This document shows, in pieces, positions 1-9,089 of a DNA stretch of 54,706 bases; position 1 is the first letter of the stretch; every line of letters starts with the position of its first letter. The translations under genes were made by a program, and so were the position numbers. The notes beneath the pieces are model-generated. The model was not told the origin of the DNA. It made no database searches and saw only the letters and a list, made by a program, of their open reading frames with translations. Source of the DNA: a virus (taxonomy: Duplodnaviria; Caudoviricetes); IMG/VR virus record IMGVR_UViG_3300037419_001325, positions 1 through 54,706 of that record; one strand, 5' to 3'.

Positions 1-1399
1 GCAAGATCGGTTCGAGGGTGGGGAACAGGGTAGCGTCGCGGCGCACCTGATCGGTGGCCCACCGCACCCAGCCCTCGCGTGTCGTCAGGTCGTATCCATC
101 CGAGTCCGCGTTCATCCCCAGTTCGCGAAGGTAGGCATCGGAGTTGACCAGGCCATCAGTGAAAGCGTTGCGCACCTTGTCGATCTGGTCCGGTTCGGCT
201 TCCACGTCGGAGGTGTCGTACCAGACGACCACCTCGGCGCCGTCTGGCAGCATCGGCCGCAGCAGTTCAGTGGTGAGGGCCGCGCAGATGGTTTCCATCT
301 CCGGCGCCGCGTGCCACCGGACCGCTTCCTCCTCGACGCCGTAGAGGCTCCAATGGTTCAGGTCAGCCAGCCCGAGTAGGACTTCGGGCGGCATGTCGAG
401 GGTCATCGCGAGGCGGCCGACCGCTTTCTCCCGCGCGGCTTGCGCCTTGTCGCTGACCTCGCTGTCGAACTTGATGTGCTGGATCTTGTCGATGTGCTCG
501 CCGGCCACCTGGATGATCAGCGGCACCAGGGCCGCCGCGCTCGACGGGTCGCTGATCGCGGTCGACATCGCTTCCTGCAACTGCACCCGCAGCTCGTCAG
601 CGGTGACGAACATATTCGGCATCGGCCCCGCAGGAAGATTCGGTGCGTCCGGATCGGTGGCGCCGGTGGGTGCGGGGCGCTGGGACATCGAGATTTCGTT
701 GGGCAGAACCAGCATCCCGTTACCGGCCTGCCTCGACTTGCCGGCCGCTTCGATGTTCTGCGACATGCGCACGATTTCCCGCAGGATCGGCAGCGCCGCT
801 TTCACCGGGGACCACGCCTGCCACGACCGGCGAGGGTCGGGCCGCCAAATGCGGGAGATCGTGTCGACTTTCGGCACCATCAGGTATTTGGTGCCGTCCT
901 GCAACGTGAGTTCCACGGTTTCGCCGCGGGCTTTCACCTCATCGTTGGACAGGATGTGCCACTGCTCCTCCCCATCCGGGTAGATGATGACCAGCCAGCC
1001 TTCGCCTGGGATCATCAGCAGCGGGGCGAGTTTCGACAGCATCTGTGACTGCCCGGTAGCGCCGCCAGCGATCCGGCGCACGATCTCTTGCGCGAGCGCG
1101 TTATCGGTGGTGCCGGTAGGTTTCCCTGTGTCGGGGTCGATGTCGGATGCGACCAACCGGAACCGGCTGAGGAGCGCGGTCTTCCACAGCAGCGCGAACG
1201 ACAGCTCACCGACGAGTTCCAGCATCGACCAGGCTTCGTCCTGCCACTTCCCGGCGTCCCCGGATTGAGGTTTGACGAGTTTGCCCCACTTCGCTGGCGG
1301 GACAGCGACCGCGGCGGCGGTGAGCGCGGACAGTCCGGTATCCACCTGCGGCTCGGTGGTGTCCGCGGTGGGCTTGCTGCGCCGCCAAATCATGCTCAT
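1..1399 (-). CDS. Phage portal protein (3' end truncated by window edge)
   Basis: Not in ORF track because it runs off the edge. Hand translation from ATG 1399: MSMIWRRSKP...KWQDEAWSMLELVGELSFALLWK...RFRLVASDIDPDTGKPTG...IWRPDPRR...SPVKAALPILREI, resembling cluster-B-like actinophage portals; preceded by late promoter motif. Confidence 0.85.
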   Translation of the reverse strand, partial: MSMIWRRSKPTADTTEPQVDTGLSALTAAAVAVPPAKWGKLVKPQSGDAGKWQDEAWSMLELVGELSFALLWKTALLSRFRLVASDIDPDTGKPTGTTDNALAQEIVRRIAGGATGQSQMLSKLAPLLMIPGEGWLVIIYPDGEEQWHILSNDEVKARGETVELTLQDGTKYLMVPKVDTISRIWRPDPRRSWQAWSPVKAALPILREIVRMSQNIEAAGKSRQAGNGMLVLPNEISMSQRPAPTGATDPDAPNLPAGPMPNMFVTADELRVQLQEAMSTAISDPSSAAALVPLIIQVAGEHIDKIQHIKFDSEVSDKAQAAREKAVGRLAMTLDMPPEVLLGLADLNHWSLYGVEEEAVRWHAAPEMETICAALTTELLRPMLPDGAEVVVWYDTSDVEAEPDQIDKVRNAFTDGLVNSDAYLRELGMNADSDGYDLTTREGWVRWATDQVRRDATLFPTLEPIL

Positions 1400-1407
1400 C
1401 GAGCGGC

Positions 1408-1428
1408 AAGCTAGTCATCGGGGGTGCA
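1408..1428 (-). promoter_or_regulatory. Late-type promoter motif copy 1 (TGCACCCC-N7-TAGCTT) before portal
   Basis: TGCA 11 nt upstream of TAnnnT; ATG 8 nt downstream. Confidence 0.7.
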
Positions 1429-1507
1429 ACCAGCCTGGACGCGAGAATGCCCCACTCCCAGGGGGTGAAGAGTGGGGCATCTACCCGCACAGCGGGCGAC
1501 CACGCCG

Positions 1508-1870
1508 CTACGGCAGCGGATTCTCGATGGAGGTCTCGGGGGTTTCGGCGAGCAACGCTCGATATCCGTGTGGGCGTTCGTAGGTTGTGCCGGTCGCGAG
1601 GTCGTGGATATCCACGAGGTCACCGAGGTCGGGTGGGATACGTCCCCGCAGGTGGGTGATGTCGGGGATCACGACGAGTTCGATCTTGTGGGTGAGGATG
1701 TGATCGATCAACGCCTCCGGCTGGTGCAGGGTCGAGGACCTGGTGAGACCGATGTAGTTGTAGCCCAGCCGGGCCGCGATCTGCACGCCCTGCCGGTTGA
1801 ACCCGGTCAGGGTTTCCATCAGATCCACGCACACGTACCCGATCGCGCGGGGCGGCGGCTCAACATCCAC
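1508..1870 (-). CDS. Small protein with degenerate resolvase-like fold
   Basis: RAIGYV...ARLGY...IELVVIPDITHL pattern; lacks the catalytic Y-x-R-x-S motif; start overlaps upstream ORF end. Confidence 0.55.
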   Translation of the reverse strand: MDVEPPPRAIGYVCVDLMETLTGFNRQGVQIAARLGYNYIGLTRSSTLHQPEALIDHILTHKIELVVIPDITHLRGRIPPDLGDLVDIHDLATGTTYERPHGYRALLAETPETSIENPLP

Positions 1871-2012
1871 GGTTATCTCCCTCAGCTTCGGCTTCGACCC
1901 GTTCCCGGATTCCGTCGACGCTTCGATCCCTCGGAATGCGCTGCGGCCACAACACCATCGCCGCGACGAATACGGCGGTGGCGATGAAACACACGATCAG
2001 GAATGCGGTCAC
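1860..2012 (-). CDS. 50-aa membrane-anchored protein
   Basis: GGAGGAG RBS, GTG start, MTAFLIVCFIATAVFVAAMVLWPQ... hydrophobic N-terminus; below ORF-track cutoff. Confidence 0.7.
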   Translation of the reverse strand: MTAFLIVCFIATAVFVAAMVLWPQRIPRDRSVDGIRERVEAEAEGDNRGC

Positions 2013-2103
2013 GGACTCCTCCTATGGTTCGCGCCCGCCGCCGAGGTCTGCGGCGCTCGGCGGCGGGGCGTCCCTGAACCGTATGAGCTGGGAGGAAACC
2101 CGA

Positions 2104-2122
2104 GGGGTACATTCCGTACCCC
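2104..2122. promoter_or_regulatory. Inverted repeat GGGGTAC-N5-GTACCCC, candidate XRE operator
   Basis: Perfect 7-bp IR in divergent intergenic region. Confidence 0.45.
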
Positions 2123-2176
2123 CTATATCGGGGATACGCTTGCAGTGACGAGCAATACAGCGGGGAGGCAGATATC

Positions 2177-3400
2177 GTGCATTCCGAAACAGGGCTGGCG
2201 ATCGGCCAGCGCATCCAGATTCAGCGCGAACGCGCAGGTATGACACGCCCCGTCCTCGCGGGGCTTATCGGGAAATCCACCGAGTGGGTGAAGGCTGTCG
2301 AAAAAGGGCGCCTGCAAACCCCTCGACTCCCCATGCTGCTGCGCATCGCGCAAGCATTGGAGATAGAGGACCTAGTCGAATTGACCGGAGATGACCACTC
2401 TGTGCCTGTCGCCGTGTTCGCAGGTGAACGTCACGCCGCCCTCACCCAAGTACAGGCAGCGCTCACAGACTTCCGGACCGCGCCGCGCGACCGGATACCC
2501 AGTGCCCAGCATCTAGCCGAGCGTCTACGGCAGGCGTGGCATATCCGGCACTCCAGCCCCGACCACCGCACCCAGTTGGGGACACTGCTACCCGGGTTAA
2601 TCCGCGACGCACAATCCGCCGCACGCATCACCGGGCCCGACCGCAGGACCGCGCGGAGACTGTTGGCCGGCGTCTACCAGCTGGCTGACTTCTATGTCGC
2701 CTACCAGCCTGCACCGGAGTTGGTGTGGATGGTCGCCGACCGCGGCCTGGAACAGGGTTACGAGGCGGATGACCCGTACGTGATCGCCTGCTCAGCGTGG
2801 GCGATGGTGCAGGCGCTACGAGAGTCGGGCCGGTGGGAGGAAGCTATCGACCTGTGCCGGGACTCCATCCAACGCCTCTCCCCGTATGTGGGCCGTGACG
2901 AAACCGCTGACGACTGGCGCGGGATTGTCGGCGCCCTGGAGGCGGAAGTGGCGTACGTGTATGCGCGGCGCGGCCGGTACGGGAATGCGTGGGCGGCGTG
3001 GGAACGCGCCGACGCGTACGCCCGGAAGCTGGGGCCCGCGTATCGGCATGTGCAGACATCGTTTTCGGCGCCAGTGATGTCCGCGCACGCCGTCACCCTC
3101 GGTGTCGAGCTGCGGCGGTCAGGGGAGGCGTTGCGGGCCGCGAACGGATTCGACCCGGATCAGATCGTGTCAGTGCCGCGACGCTCCCGGCATTTCATCG
3201 AGGTAGCCCGCGCACACTCCCAGCAGGGGGAATCGGTGGCGGCGTTCGCGTTGCTGGCGAAGTCGGAACGCACCGCGCCAGAAACCATCCGATACAACGG
3301 GTACGCGCGGGACATGATGATCGACCTGTTGAAGTCGCCGCCGGCGGGGATGCGTCAGGATGTGCGGGAACTCGGTCAACGTGTCGGGGTGTCAGCGTAA
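2177..3400 (+). CDS. XRE-family HTH regulator with large helical C-terminal domain
   Basis: N-terminal HTH (IGQRIQIQRERAGMTRPVLAGLIGKSTEWVKAVEKGR); about 400-aa architecture typical of actinomycete XRE regulators. Confidence 0.85.
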   Translation: MHSETGLAIGQRIQIQRERAGMTRPVLAGLIGKSTEWVKAVEKGRLQTPRLPMLLRIAQALEIEDLVELTGDDHSVPVAVFAGERHAALTQVQAALTDFRTAPRDRIPSAQHLAERLRQAWHIRHSSPDHRTQLGTLLPGLIRDAQSAARITGPDRRTARRLLAGVYQLADFYVAYQPAPELVWMVADRGLEQGYEADDPYVIACSAWAMVQALRESGRWEEAIDLCRDSIQRLSPYVGRDETADDWRGIVGALEAEVAYVYARRGRYGNAWAAWERADAYARKLGPAYRHVQTSFSAPVMSAHAVTLGVELRRSGEALRAANGFDPDQIVSVPRRSRHFIEVARAHSQQGESVAAFALLAKSERTAPETIRYNGYARDMMIDLLKSPPAGMRQDVRELGQRVGVSA

Positions 3401-3444
3401 ACTGGTGGCGCACATCAGGATCTAGTCCTCGCTGTGCTCGTCAC

Positions 3445-3478
3445 GAGAGCCGCCCCGTTCCCCCTCGGGGCGGCTCTC
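3445..3478. terminator. Hairpin between convergent genes
   Basis: GAGAGCCGCCCCG-N8-CGGGGCGGCTCTC, 13-bp perfect stem. Confidence 0.7.
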
Positions 3479-3484
3479 CACGTT

Positions 3485-3682
3485 TCACAACGCCGATAGC
3501 TCCCCGCGGTCGGTGTCTCGGCGGGCGTCGTTGAGGATGTCGGTAGCTTCACGGATCGCGGCCGACAGTTGCCGCAACCGCCACGATGGGATGGGACGCC
3601 CTGTGCGCGCGGCCTTCTGCAGTTCGAGTGCAACGCCGCCCAGGGACCTGGCTGCCTGGCCCGCGGGCGTCATATCGGCCAT
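3485..3682 (-). CDS. Hypothetical protein
   Basis: 65-aa ORF between two hairpins. Confidence 0.55.
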   Translation of the reverse strand: MADMTPAGQAARSLGGVALELQKAARTGRPIPSWRLRQLSAAIREATDILNDARRDTDRGELSAL

Positions 3683-3716
3683 ATGGGTGATATAGCACGA
3701 GGCACCGACAAACGTT

Positions 3717-3750
3717 ACGAGCCCCACCCAGAATGCCGAGTGGGGCTCGT
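3717..3750 (-). terminator. Hairpin/terminator
   Basis: ACGAGCCCCAC-N12-GTGGGGCTCGT, 11-bp stem downstream of the 3785 stop. Confidence 0.6.
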
Positions 3751-3784
3751 GGGTAATGCACTTGTTGGAGGGTGCGCGGTCAGT

Positions 3785-4405
3785 CTATCCGCCGGGTATC
3801 AGGCGCAGCTTCGGCCTTGGCGGTGTGGCCTCCCGACCGCCCTCCATCGGCGTCGATCCTGGGCGCGCCCACTGGTAGATCGAATCCCAGTCCGCCGAAA
3901 AATACCGGCGCAGAACCCCGCCCGTGTTCGCCGGTGGTATCGGCTTGCCGTTGGCGACCCATTCCGCATGGCGCCGGTCGTAATACGCCTGCACCTCGCC
4001 TCCACGATGCCGTGCGCACAGCCCGACATGCATGGACTCTCCCGTGATCGGATCAGAGTCGATCCAGGAGAGCGATGCGACCTTGCCGCACGGGCCCTCT
4101 CGCCGAATCATCGGCGCTACGCAGACAGTCCGCCCATGAGGCCGCGGCGCCTCGTATCGGGGGAAGTCGTCGCGGAGGACCGACTTGCCCCAGTACCGGA
4201 GGTAGTACGAGGTCTCCTCATGCGCGAGAACAGCAACCTCTTGCACCCAGTTCCGCAGCGTCCGGCGTCCCTGCTCCTTCCGGGTGACGATCACTTCATC
4301 GAGAGCGAGCGCGAACAACAGCAGTTCACCGGTGAGGTCTGGATCATTGAGCATTCGGCGGCGGCGTTCGTCTCGCGCCATGATCGCTTTGAGGTCAGAG
4401 GTCAT
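3785..4405 (-). CDS. Hypothetical phage protein
   Basis: Start MTSDLK overlaps methylase stop (ATGA). Confidence 0.7.
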   Translation of the reverse strand: MTSDLKAIMARDERRRRMLNDPDLTGELLLFALALDEVIVTRKEQGRRTLRNWVQEVAVLAHEETSYYLRYWGKSVLRDDFPRYEAPRPHGRTVCVAPMIRREGPCGKVASLSWIDSDPITGESMHVGLCARHRGGEVQAYYDRRHAEWVANGKPIPPANTGGVLRRYFSADWDSIYQWARPGSTPMEGGREATPPRPKLRLIPGG

Positions 4406-5046
4406 GCCGCACCGTCGAGCGCGCCCACAACGGCCAGTAGTTGACGGCCGATCCACTCGGTATATGCCGGCGGGATGGCCTCGCGCAGTTCGTCGCGGAT
4501 CATCCAGTCGATTCCCATCGCTGCCTTGGCCTGGGGGACGCCGGAGAAGTTGCCCACGACGTGCATGAACTCGCCCGGCTGTGGTGGGCGGCCCATCTTC
4601 GTCGTCGGCGCCACATGCTCCGGATGCGGAGGAACTGTGAGCGGGATGTTCGACTCGAACAGCCGATGCCGGTACGTCCGCAGCCCAGGGAACATCGCCC
4701 CGCACAACACGATCGGATCGTGCAACGGCGCCCCGGGGACGTTCTCGATCACGTATGGCTTCCCGAACGCCTTGAACAGGCCGCGCACCTCACGGATGTA
4801 GTCGCGATGGTCGCGGCCCTGGATACGCTGCGCCTTCGTGTGCGCCTGGCACGGTGGCGACGCAGCGAACGCATCGAACTCGTCCCCGTGCGCAATCAGG
4901 TAGGCGAGAGCATCACCCGGATGGAACTTGAAGGGGTACCGCGGTTGGGGTTCGATATCGACGCCGACGACCTCGAACCCCGCCGCGACGTACCCAGCGG
5001 ACGCGCCACCGGCCTTGCAGAACAGATCGAGCAGCCGCGGCCTCAT
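4402..5046 (-). CDS. Small C5-cytosine DNA methyltransferase
   Basis: Motif I LLDLFCKAGG, catalytic SPPCQ, ENVPG, RHRLFE, C-terminal EAIPP. Confidence 0.88.
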   Translation of the reverse strand: MRPRLLDLFCKAGGASAGYVAAGFEVVGVDIEPQPRYPFKFHPGDALAYLIAHGDEFDAFAASPPCQAHTKAQRIQGRDHRDYIREVRGLFKAFGKPYVIENVPGAPLHDPIVLCGAMFPGLRTYRHRLFESNIPLTVPPHPEHVAPTTKMGRPPQPGEFMHVVGNFSGVPQAKAAMGIDWMIRDELREAIPPAYTEWIGRQLLAVVGALDGAA

Positions 5047-5528
5047 GCTGATACCGGTTCCGTGGTGCGGGCGCCGGCACCGAGGGCCCATGTCACCAAA
5101 TCCACCACCTGCTGTGCGTGGGCGCGGCAGGACACTTCGACGGTGACGACACGGCGGGCGACTCCGGGCATGGACAGGGGCGGGTCGTAGAGGTTGACGG
5201 ACCAGGGTTCGGAGTCGCTGTCGTGGAAGAACGGTCCGGCGAGGAAGTAGCCGTCCGCGGTTTTGCAGGTGCGTCCCATGACCTGGACGAGGGGGTTGAT
5301 GGTGGCAGCGCAGATGACGTCGTGGGGGTCGATGTCGCCGAGGAGTCGCCGGTAGATGGAGTCGGCGGTTTCGTGGGTTTGGAATGCGGCTTGGTAGCCG
5401 TCGTTCCAGTGCTGCCAGGCCGGGTTGTTGTCGGAGGGTTCGTGGTTGAGGTAGTCCATCACTTCGGCGTCGGCGTTGATGACGGCGTGGGCGGCGGCGA
5501 GTTGTTCGGGGGTGTAGATGATGGTCAT
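5043..5528 (-). CDS. Hypothetical protein (behind two-hairpin leader)
   Basis: AGGAG RBS, ATG 5528. Confidence 0.75.
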   Translation of the reverse strand: MTIIYTPEQLAAAHAVINADAEVMDYLNHEPSDNNPAWQHWNDGYQAAFQTHETADSIYRRLLGDIDPHDVICAATINPLVQVMGRTCKTADGYFLAGPFFHDSDSEPWSVNLYDPPLSMPGVARRVVTVEVSCRAHAQQVVDLVTWALGAGARTTEPVSA

Positions 5529-5568
5529 GTCCAGCTCCTCTGGATAGGTGCCAGCTTGTTCTGGCGAT
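5529..5568 (-). ncRNA. Two-hairpin leader copy 1 (no obvious promoter)
   Basis: ATC-GCCAG-AACAAG-CTGGC-ACCTAT-CCAG-AGGAG-CTGG-AC-ATG. Confidence 0.7.
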
Positions 5569-5578
5569 GAATAGGGGG

Positions 5579-5776
5579 TCAGTAGTCGTAGCGGCTGTTG
5601 TCGAGCCATTCCCGGATCGCGTCACGCACTTCCTCGGGCAGGTCGGCGGCGCGTGGTGGACGATCGGCGGGCCGGTCCACGATGTTGTCCCAGCGTTGGA
5701 CCTCGATAGTCCACTTGCCGCAGTTGTCGCCAGGCAGGGACTCGTAGGTGACTTTGGTGGGCATGACGACGGTCAT
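5579..5776 (-). CDS. Hypothetical protein
   Basis: GAGGAG RBS, MTVVMPTK start. Confidence 0.65.
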   Translation of the reverse strand: MTVVMPTKVTYESLPGDNCGKWTIEVQRWDNIVDRPADRPPRAADLPEEVRDAIREWLDNSRYDY

Positions 5777-5778
5777 GT

Positions 5779-6039
5779 TCAGCTCCTCGGGGAGTATCGG
5801 GTGGGGAGTCCAGCAGCGCGACGCCACCACGACAGGTGGATAGCGCGCTTCGGCCAGATCAGCGACCGCAGCACCACAGCCGACCACAACAGGATTGTGG
5901 CGAGGGCGGGGTGGGCGTGGCTGGCGGCAGCGACTTCGGGGTCGGTGTCCTGGATGTAGTGCAGCTCGGGGGCGAGCATGGAAGCGTTCACCCCGTACCC
6001 GCACAGATAGACGGCGAGGGCCGCCCACAGCGGGGTCAC
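5779..6039 (-). CDS. Small membrane protein
   Basis: Two hydrophobic segments; GTGA overlap with upstream gene. Confidence 0.6.
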   Translation of the reverse strand: MTPLWAALAVYLCGYGVNASMLAPELHYIQDTDPEVAAASHAHPALATILLWSAVVLRSLIWPKRAIHLSWWRRAAGLPTRYSPRS

Positions 6040-6269
6040 AGGTTGCTCCCGTGGCCGGGGGCGCGGCAGTCGGGGCGCTCGCAGTCCGGGCAGTAGATGA
6101 TGGGGGAGGCTTCGTCACCGCAGTTGGGGCAGAACGCGATCCAGTCCTCACCGATCAGCCACAACGGGATAGCGCAGTTGAGGCAGCGGTGGGTGGGTTC
6201 ACGGTCGCCGCCGGTGGCGATGAGTCCGGTTGCGCCGTCGAGGGTTTCGCGGCAGATGGTGTGGGGCAT
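6036..6269 (-). CDS. Small Cys-rich zinc-finger-like protein
   Basis: CLNC, CPNC, CPDC motifs; first gene after promoter and leader. Confidence 0.7.
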   Translation of the reverse strand: MPHTICRETLDGATGLIATGGDREPTHRCLNCAIPLWLIGEDWIAFCPNCGDEASPIIYCPDCERPDCRAPGHGSNL

Positions 6270-6342
6270 TACCGGCCTTCCGGTTCGTGCCAGCTGTTCT
6301 GGCGATACGGTCGACTATACCAGCGAACGACTGTATAAACAA
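6270..6342 (-). promoter_or_regulatory. sigA-type promoter plus two-hairpin leader copy 2
   Basis: TTGTTT-N17-TATAGT then ATC-GCCAG-AACAG-CTGGC-ACGAA-CCGG-AAGG-CCGG-TA-ATG. Confidence 0.8.
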
Positions 6343-6363
6343 GCCTTCTGCTAGCGCGCCTAG

Positions 6364-6675
6364 CTAGCTTTCCGAATCCCAACGCCCCAACACACCAACC
6401 AGATACGAACCCGCCGGCCACAAACCGAACCCCATCCACCACGGCAGATGCGCCACCAACGCGGTCGGGAACGCCAGGGCCAGGCACACCCACCAGCCGA
6501 AACACCACGGGCAGTGGACCAGGAAGGTGACCATGGAGCCGGGCCCGTACTGGCGTATAGCGGCGTTGCGGATCGGGTCACCGATCTTGTCCACCACCAC
6601 GATCCGGGTCAGTCGGGCGGCGGCGAGCACATAGACGGCGAGGGTGAGCAGGGTTGCGAGAGTGCTGTGTGGCAT
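6364..6675 (-). CDS. DUF1360-like membrane protein
   Basis: RLTRIVVVDKIGDPIR...LVHCPWC signature, hydrophobic helices; own late-type promoter. Confidence 0.7.
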   Translation of the reverse strand: MPHSTLATLLTLAVYVLAAARLTRIVVVDKIGDPIRNAAIRQYGPGSMVTFLVHCPWCFGWWVCLALAFPTALVAHLPWWMGFGLWPAGSYLVGVLGRWDSES

Positions 6676-6683
6676 GGCCCGGC

Positions 6684-6704
6684 ACGGTATGCGCTGGGGA
6701 TGCA
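6684..6704 (-). promoter_or_regulatory. Late-type promoter motif copy 2
   Basis: TGCATCCC-N7-TACCGT, ATG 8 nt downstream. Confidence 0.7.
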
Positions 6705-6717
6705 GGAAGACGCAGGC

Positions 6718-7002
6718 TCAGCTGTCGAGCGCTCCCGGGGTGGCATCGGCGTCCACCACTACGGGGCCCTGTACGTGTCGGACGGTTTCGCCGCCTGTGG
6801 GGTACAAGCCGTCCGGGACCGTGGTCAGCACCGGCCATGCCTCGACTTCGATTCGCGTAAGGCGGCTTCCTGAGTTGTGGTCTGCCAGGCGTTCGGCGTA
6901 GGCGGTCGCAAGTCCGACGGTGTGGAATATGCCGCGCGTAACCCTGTTGTCGCCGTCACCCTCGTCCTCTATGACGGCGTAGACGGTCTGGTTGTTGGCC
7001 AT
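6718..7002 (-). CDS. Hypothetical protein
   Basis: MANNQTVYAV start. Confidence 0.65.
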   Translation of the reverse strand: MANNQTVYAVIEDEGDGDNRVTRGIFHTVGLATAYAERLADHNSGSRLTRIEVEAWPVLTTVPDGLYPTGGETVRHVQGPVVVDADATPGALDS

Positions 7003-7028
7003 GGTGTAAGTCTCTCGCAATCGATGAA

Positions 7029-7057
7029 GGCCCGCCCCGAACAATGCGGGGCGGGTC
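7029..7057 (-). terminator. Intergenic hairpin
   Basis: CCCGCCCCG-N7-CGGGGCGGG. Confidence 0.55.
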
Positions 7058-7073
7058 TCGCGGTGGAGTGCAA

Positions 7074-7457
7074 TCACTGAGCCTCGGCAGCTTCCTGGTC
7101 GGCGTCGCAGCCGGGGCAGGAATCGGTCAGGTAGTAATCGTGCGGGCACAACGTCACCGAGGCGAGCCGCCGACCGCGACCGCTGATGAAGTAGTCGGGA
7201 TACGCCCGGATGTCATCCTTGACGATCGGTCGGGCCAGGACCTCGGCGGGCGGTGCGGGGATCGTCTTGTGCCGCTCGAAGTTCGCGCGCACTTCGCCGA
7301 TGGTCCAGTCGCCGAGCGGCACGTTGCAGGTGACGCACTGGGCTCGGACGCGGGTGCGTCCGAACAGGATGCCTGGCCGTGTGATGAGCACGCAATCGTC
7401 GTTCAGGCGTGTGGCCAGGCGGGTGATGTCATCCTGATTGGGAGTGGGTTCGGTCAT
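7074..7457 (-). CDS. Hypothetical protein with Cys motifs (behind leader)
   Basis: CVTC, CPH, CPGC; ATG directly after leader. Confidence 0.75.
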   Translation of the reverse strand: MTEPTPNQDDITRLATRLNDDCVLITRPGILFGRTRVRAQCVTCNVPLGDWTIGEVRANFERHKTIPAPPAEVLARPIVKDDIRAYPDYFISGRGRRLASVTLCPHDYYLTDSCPGCDADQEAAEAQ

Positions 7458-7530
7458 GTCCGGCCTTCCGGTTGATGCCAGCTGATCTGGCGATAACGTC
7501 GACTATACCAGCACGGGACTGTACCGTCAA
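7458..7530 (-). promoter_or_regulatory. sigA-type promoter plus two-hairpin leader copy 3
   Basis: TTGACG-N17-TATAGT (-35 overlaps TerL stop); GCCAG-ATCAG-CTGGC, CCGG-AAGG-CCGG. Confidence 0.85.
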
Positions 7531-9086
7531 TGGATGCCATCAGGCATTTGGCCCCAGCTGCCAGGGTTGCGGGACGCCACAGTCTGCCCACCACCCGCCA
7601 GCTCGTCATACACGATCGTTCCGCCAGCCACCCGATCCGGTTGGTGTTGGCCCTCGAACCAGCGGATAGCGTGCGCCTCCATCGTCGCCAACCGATGCTG
7701 CACCACCCGCGCCCGACCATTCGACGTAGCGTGACGGAACCCTGTCGACCGGATCAGCGCGTTACCCTGCCGCTTCCACGGCCGAATATGGAACGGGCGA
7801 GATGCCGGTACCGGGATGTTGTCGACATAGCCGCCGTTCGTGGCGGCTTCAGTGGCGAGGTCTTCATACGCGCGTTTCAGCAGCCGATCGTAAGCGACCG
7901 CAGCGGAATAGGCTTCGTACACCAGATCGGTGGCGCCGGTTTTCAGTGCGAGCAGGCAGGCGCGGCGCGGCCATTCGGCTGAGGAGTATTGGCCGGACCA
8001 GTCATCGGTGAGGACCACTATCCCGTCAGCGGTGAGACCGCCGGCGATGATGCCCGCTTCGTCGCCTTGCCCTGTTTCGGCGGGGTCGACACCAACGATC
8101 CGCCGATAGAACGGGGGGACTGTTTCGAGGCGGTAGGTGTCGAACCAGGCGGCGTTGAACAGTCCACCATCGGCGGGGGTGGGGGAGCCTTGGTACATGC
8201 TGGACCAGACGCGGGCGGGTTTGGTGGCGCGGATGTGTTCCCAGTCGGTTCGGCCGCGCGGGTTCTCCAAATGCACGCCAGGCGCGCGGCCGAGGGAGTC
8301 GAGGACGCCGTGTTCGGCGATGGCGGGGAAGTTGAGGACCCGCCACCGTCCGGGTTCCTGTTCCATCAGGTAGGCGTGCGCGTCCTGCTCATTCCAACGC
8401 GTGCCGATCATGATGCAGGGCGCGTCCGGGCCGAGGCGTTGAGATGCGACGGTGTCCCACCACAGATTCACCCGCCGGCGTTCGGCAGGGGAATCGGCAG
8501 CCAGCATGCCTGCATAGAGGTCATCGAGGATCATGCAATCGGCTGGCCGGCCAGGCAGTGCGGTGCCTACGCCCGCTGCGAGGATGCCGCCGCGGTGCCC
8601 CGACAGTTGCCAGCGTGCGCCTGCCGACTTGTCGCCGATACCCAACCCGAGGCGGTCGGGCAGCGGGTGGCCAGTCATCGCGTCGCGGGCGCCGGTGCCG
8701 AACGTGCGGAGGATGGTGCGGATCTGCTCCGAATGGGTGCGGGCCAGGTCCTCGGAATGGGTGGCGACGATGATCCGCCAATCCGGATGCAACTGGAGCG
8801 CCCGCACCGCCCCCCACACCGCGGTCCGTAGCGACTTCCCGGTCTGGGATGGTTTGGAGATCATCAGACGCGCAGCCGGGGTGGAGAACGCCCACTCCAG
8901 CGCGTCATCGATCATGCGGAGGTCGGCGGTTTGCACGGTGGTGGGGTCGAGTGCTTGCGCGAGAGAGCCGGCGGATGGGTAGGTGCGGGCGATCTGGACC
9001 CTGGTGAGGTTTTGTCGCGCCCACGCGGTGAACGCGGCTCGCTCACCGGGCGGTAGCTTCGCCGCCCGCGCCCACACATCAGTCAT
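7527..9086 (-). CDS. terL: Terminase large subunit
   Basis: Walker A PSQTGKS, Walker B MILDD, coupling GTRW, RNase H-like IVGVDPA nuclease domain. Confidence 0.92.
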   Translation of the reverse strand: MTDVWARAAKLPPGERAAFTAWARQNLTRVQIARTYPSAGSLAQALDPTTVQTADLRMIDDALEWAFSTPAARLMISKPSQTGKSLRTAVWGAVRALQLHPDWRIIVATHSEDLARTHSEQIRTILRTFGTGARDAMTGHPLPDRLGLGIGDKSAGARWQLSGHRGGILAAGVGTALPGRPADCMILDDLYAGMLAADSPAERRRVNLWWDTVASQRLGPDAPCIMIGTRWNEQDAHAYLMEQEPGRWRVLNFPAIAEHGVLDSLGRAPGVHLENPRGRTDWEHIRATKPARVWSSMYQGSPTPADGGLFNAAWFDTYRLETVPPFYRRIVGVDPAETGQGDEAGIIAGGLTADGIVVLTDDWSGQYSSAEWPRRACLLALKTGATDLVYEAYSAAVAYDRLLKRAYEDLATEAATNGGYVDNIPVPASRPFHIRPWKRQGNALIRSTGFRHATSNGRARVVQHRLATMEAHAIRWFEGQHQPDRVAGGTIVYDELAGGGQTVASRNPGSWGQMPDGIH

Positions 9087-9089
9087 AGG

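Noticed and set aside
7590-7660. TerL nuclease motif QPDRVAG lacking the second Asp of the common DxxDA pattern
   Set aside because: The first Asp and other motifs are intact and such variants are plausible in this phage group; not evidence of inactivation
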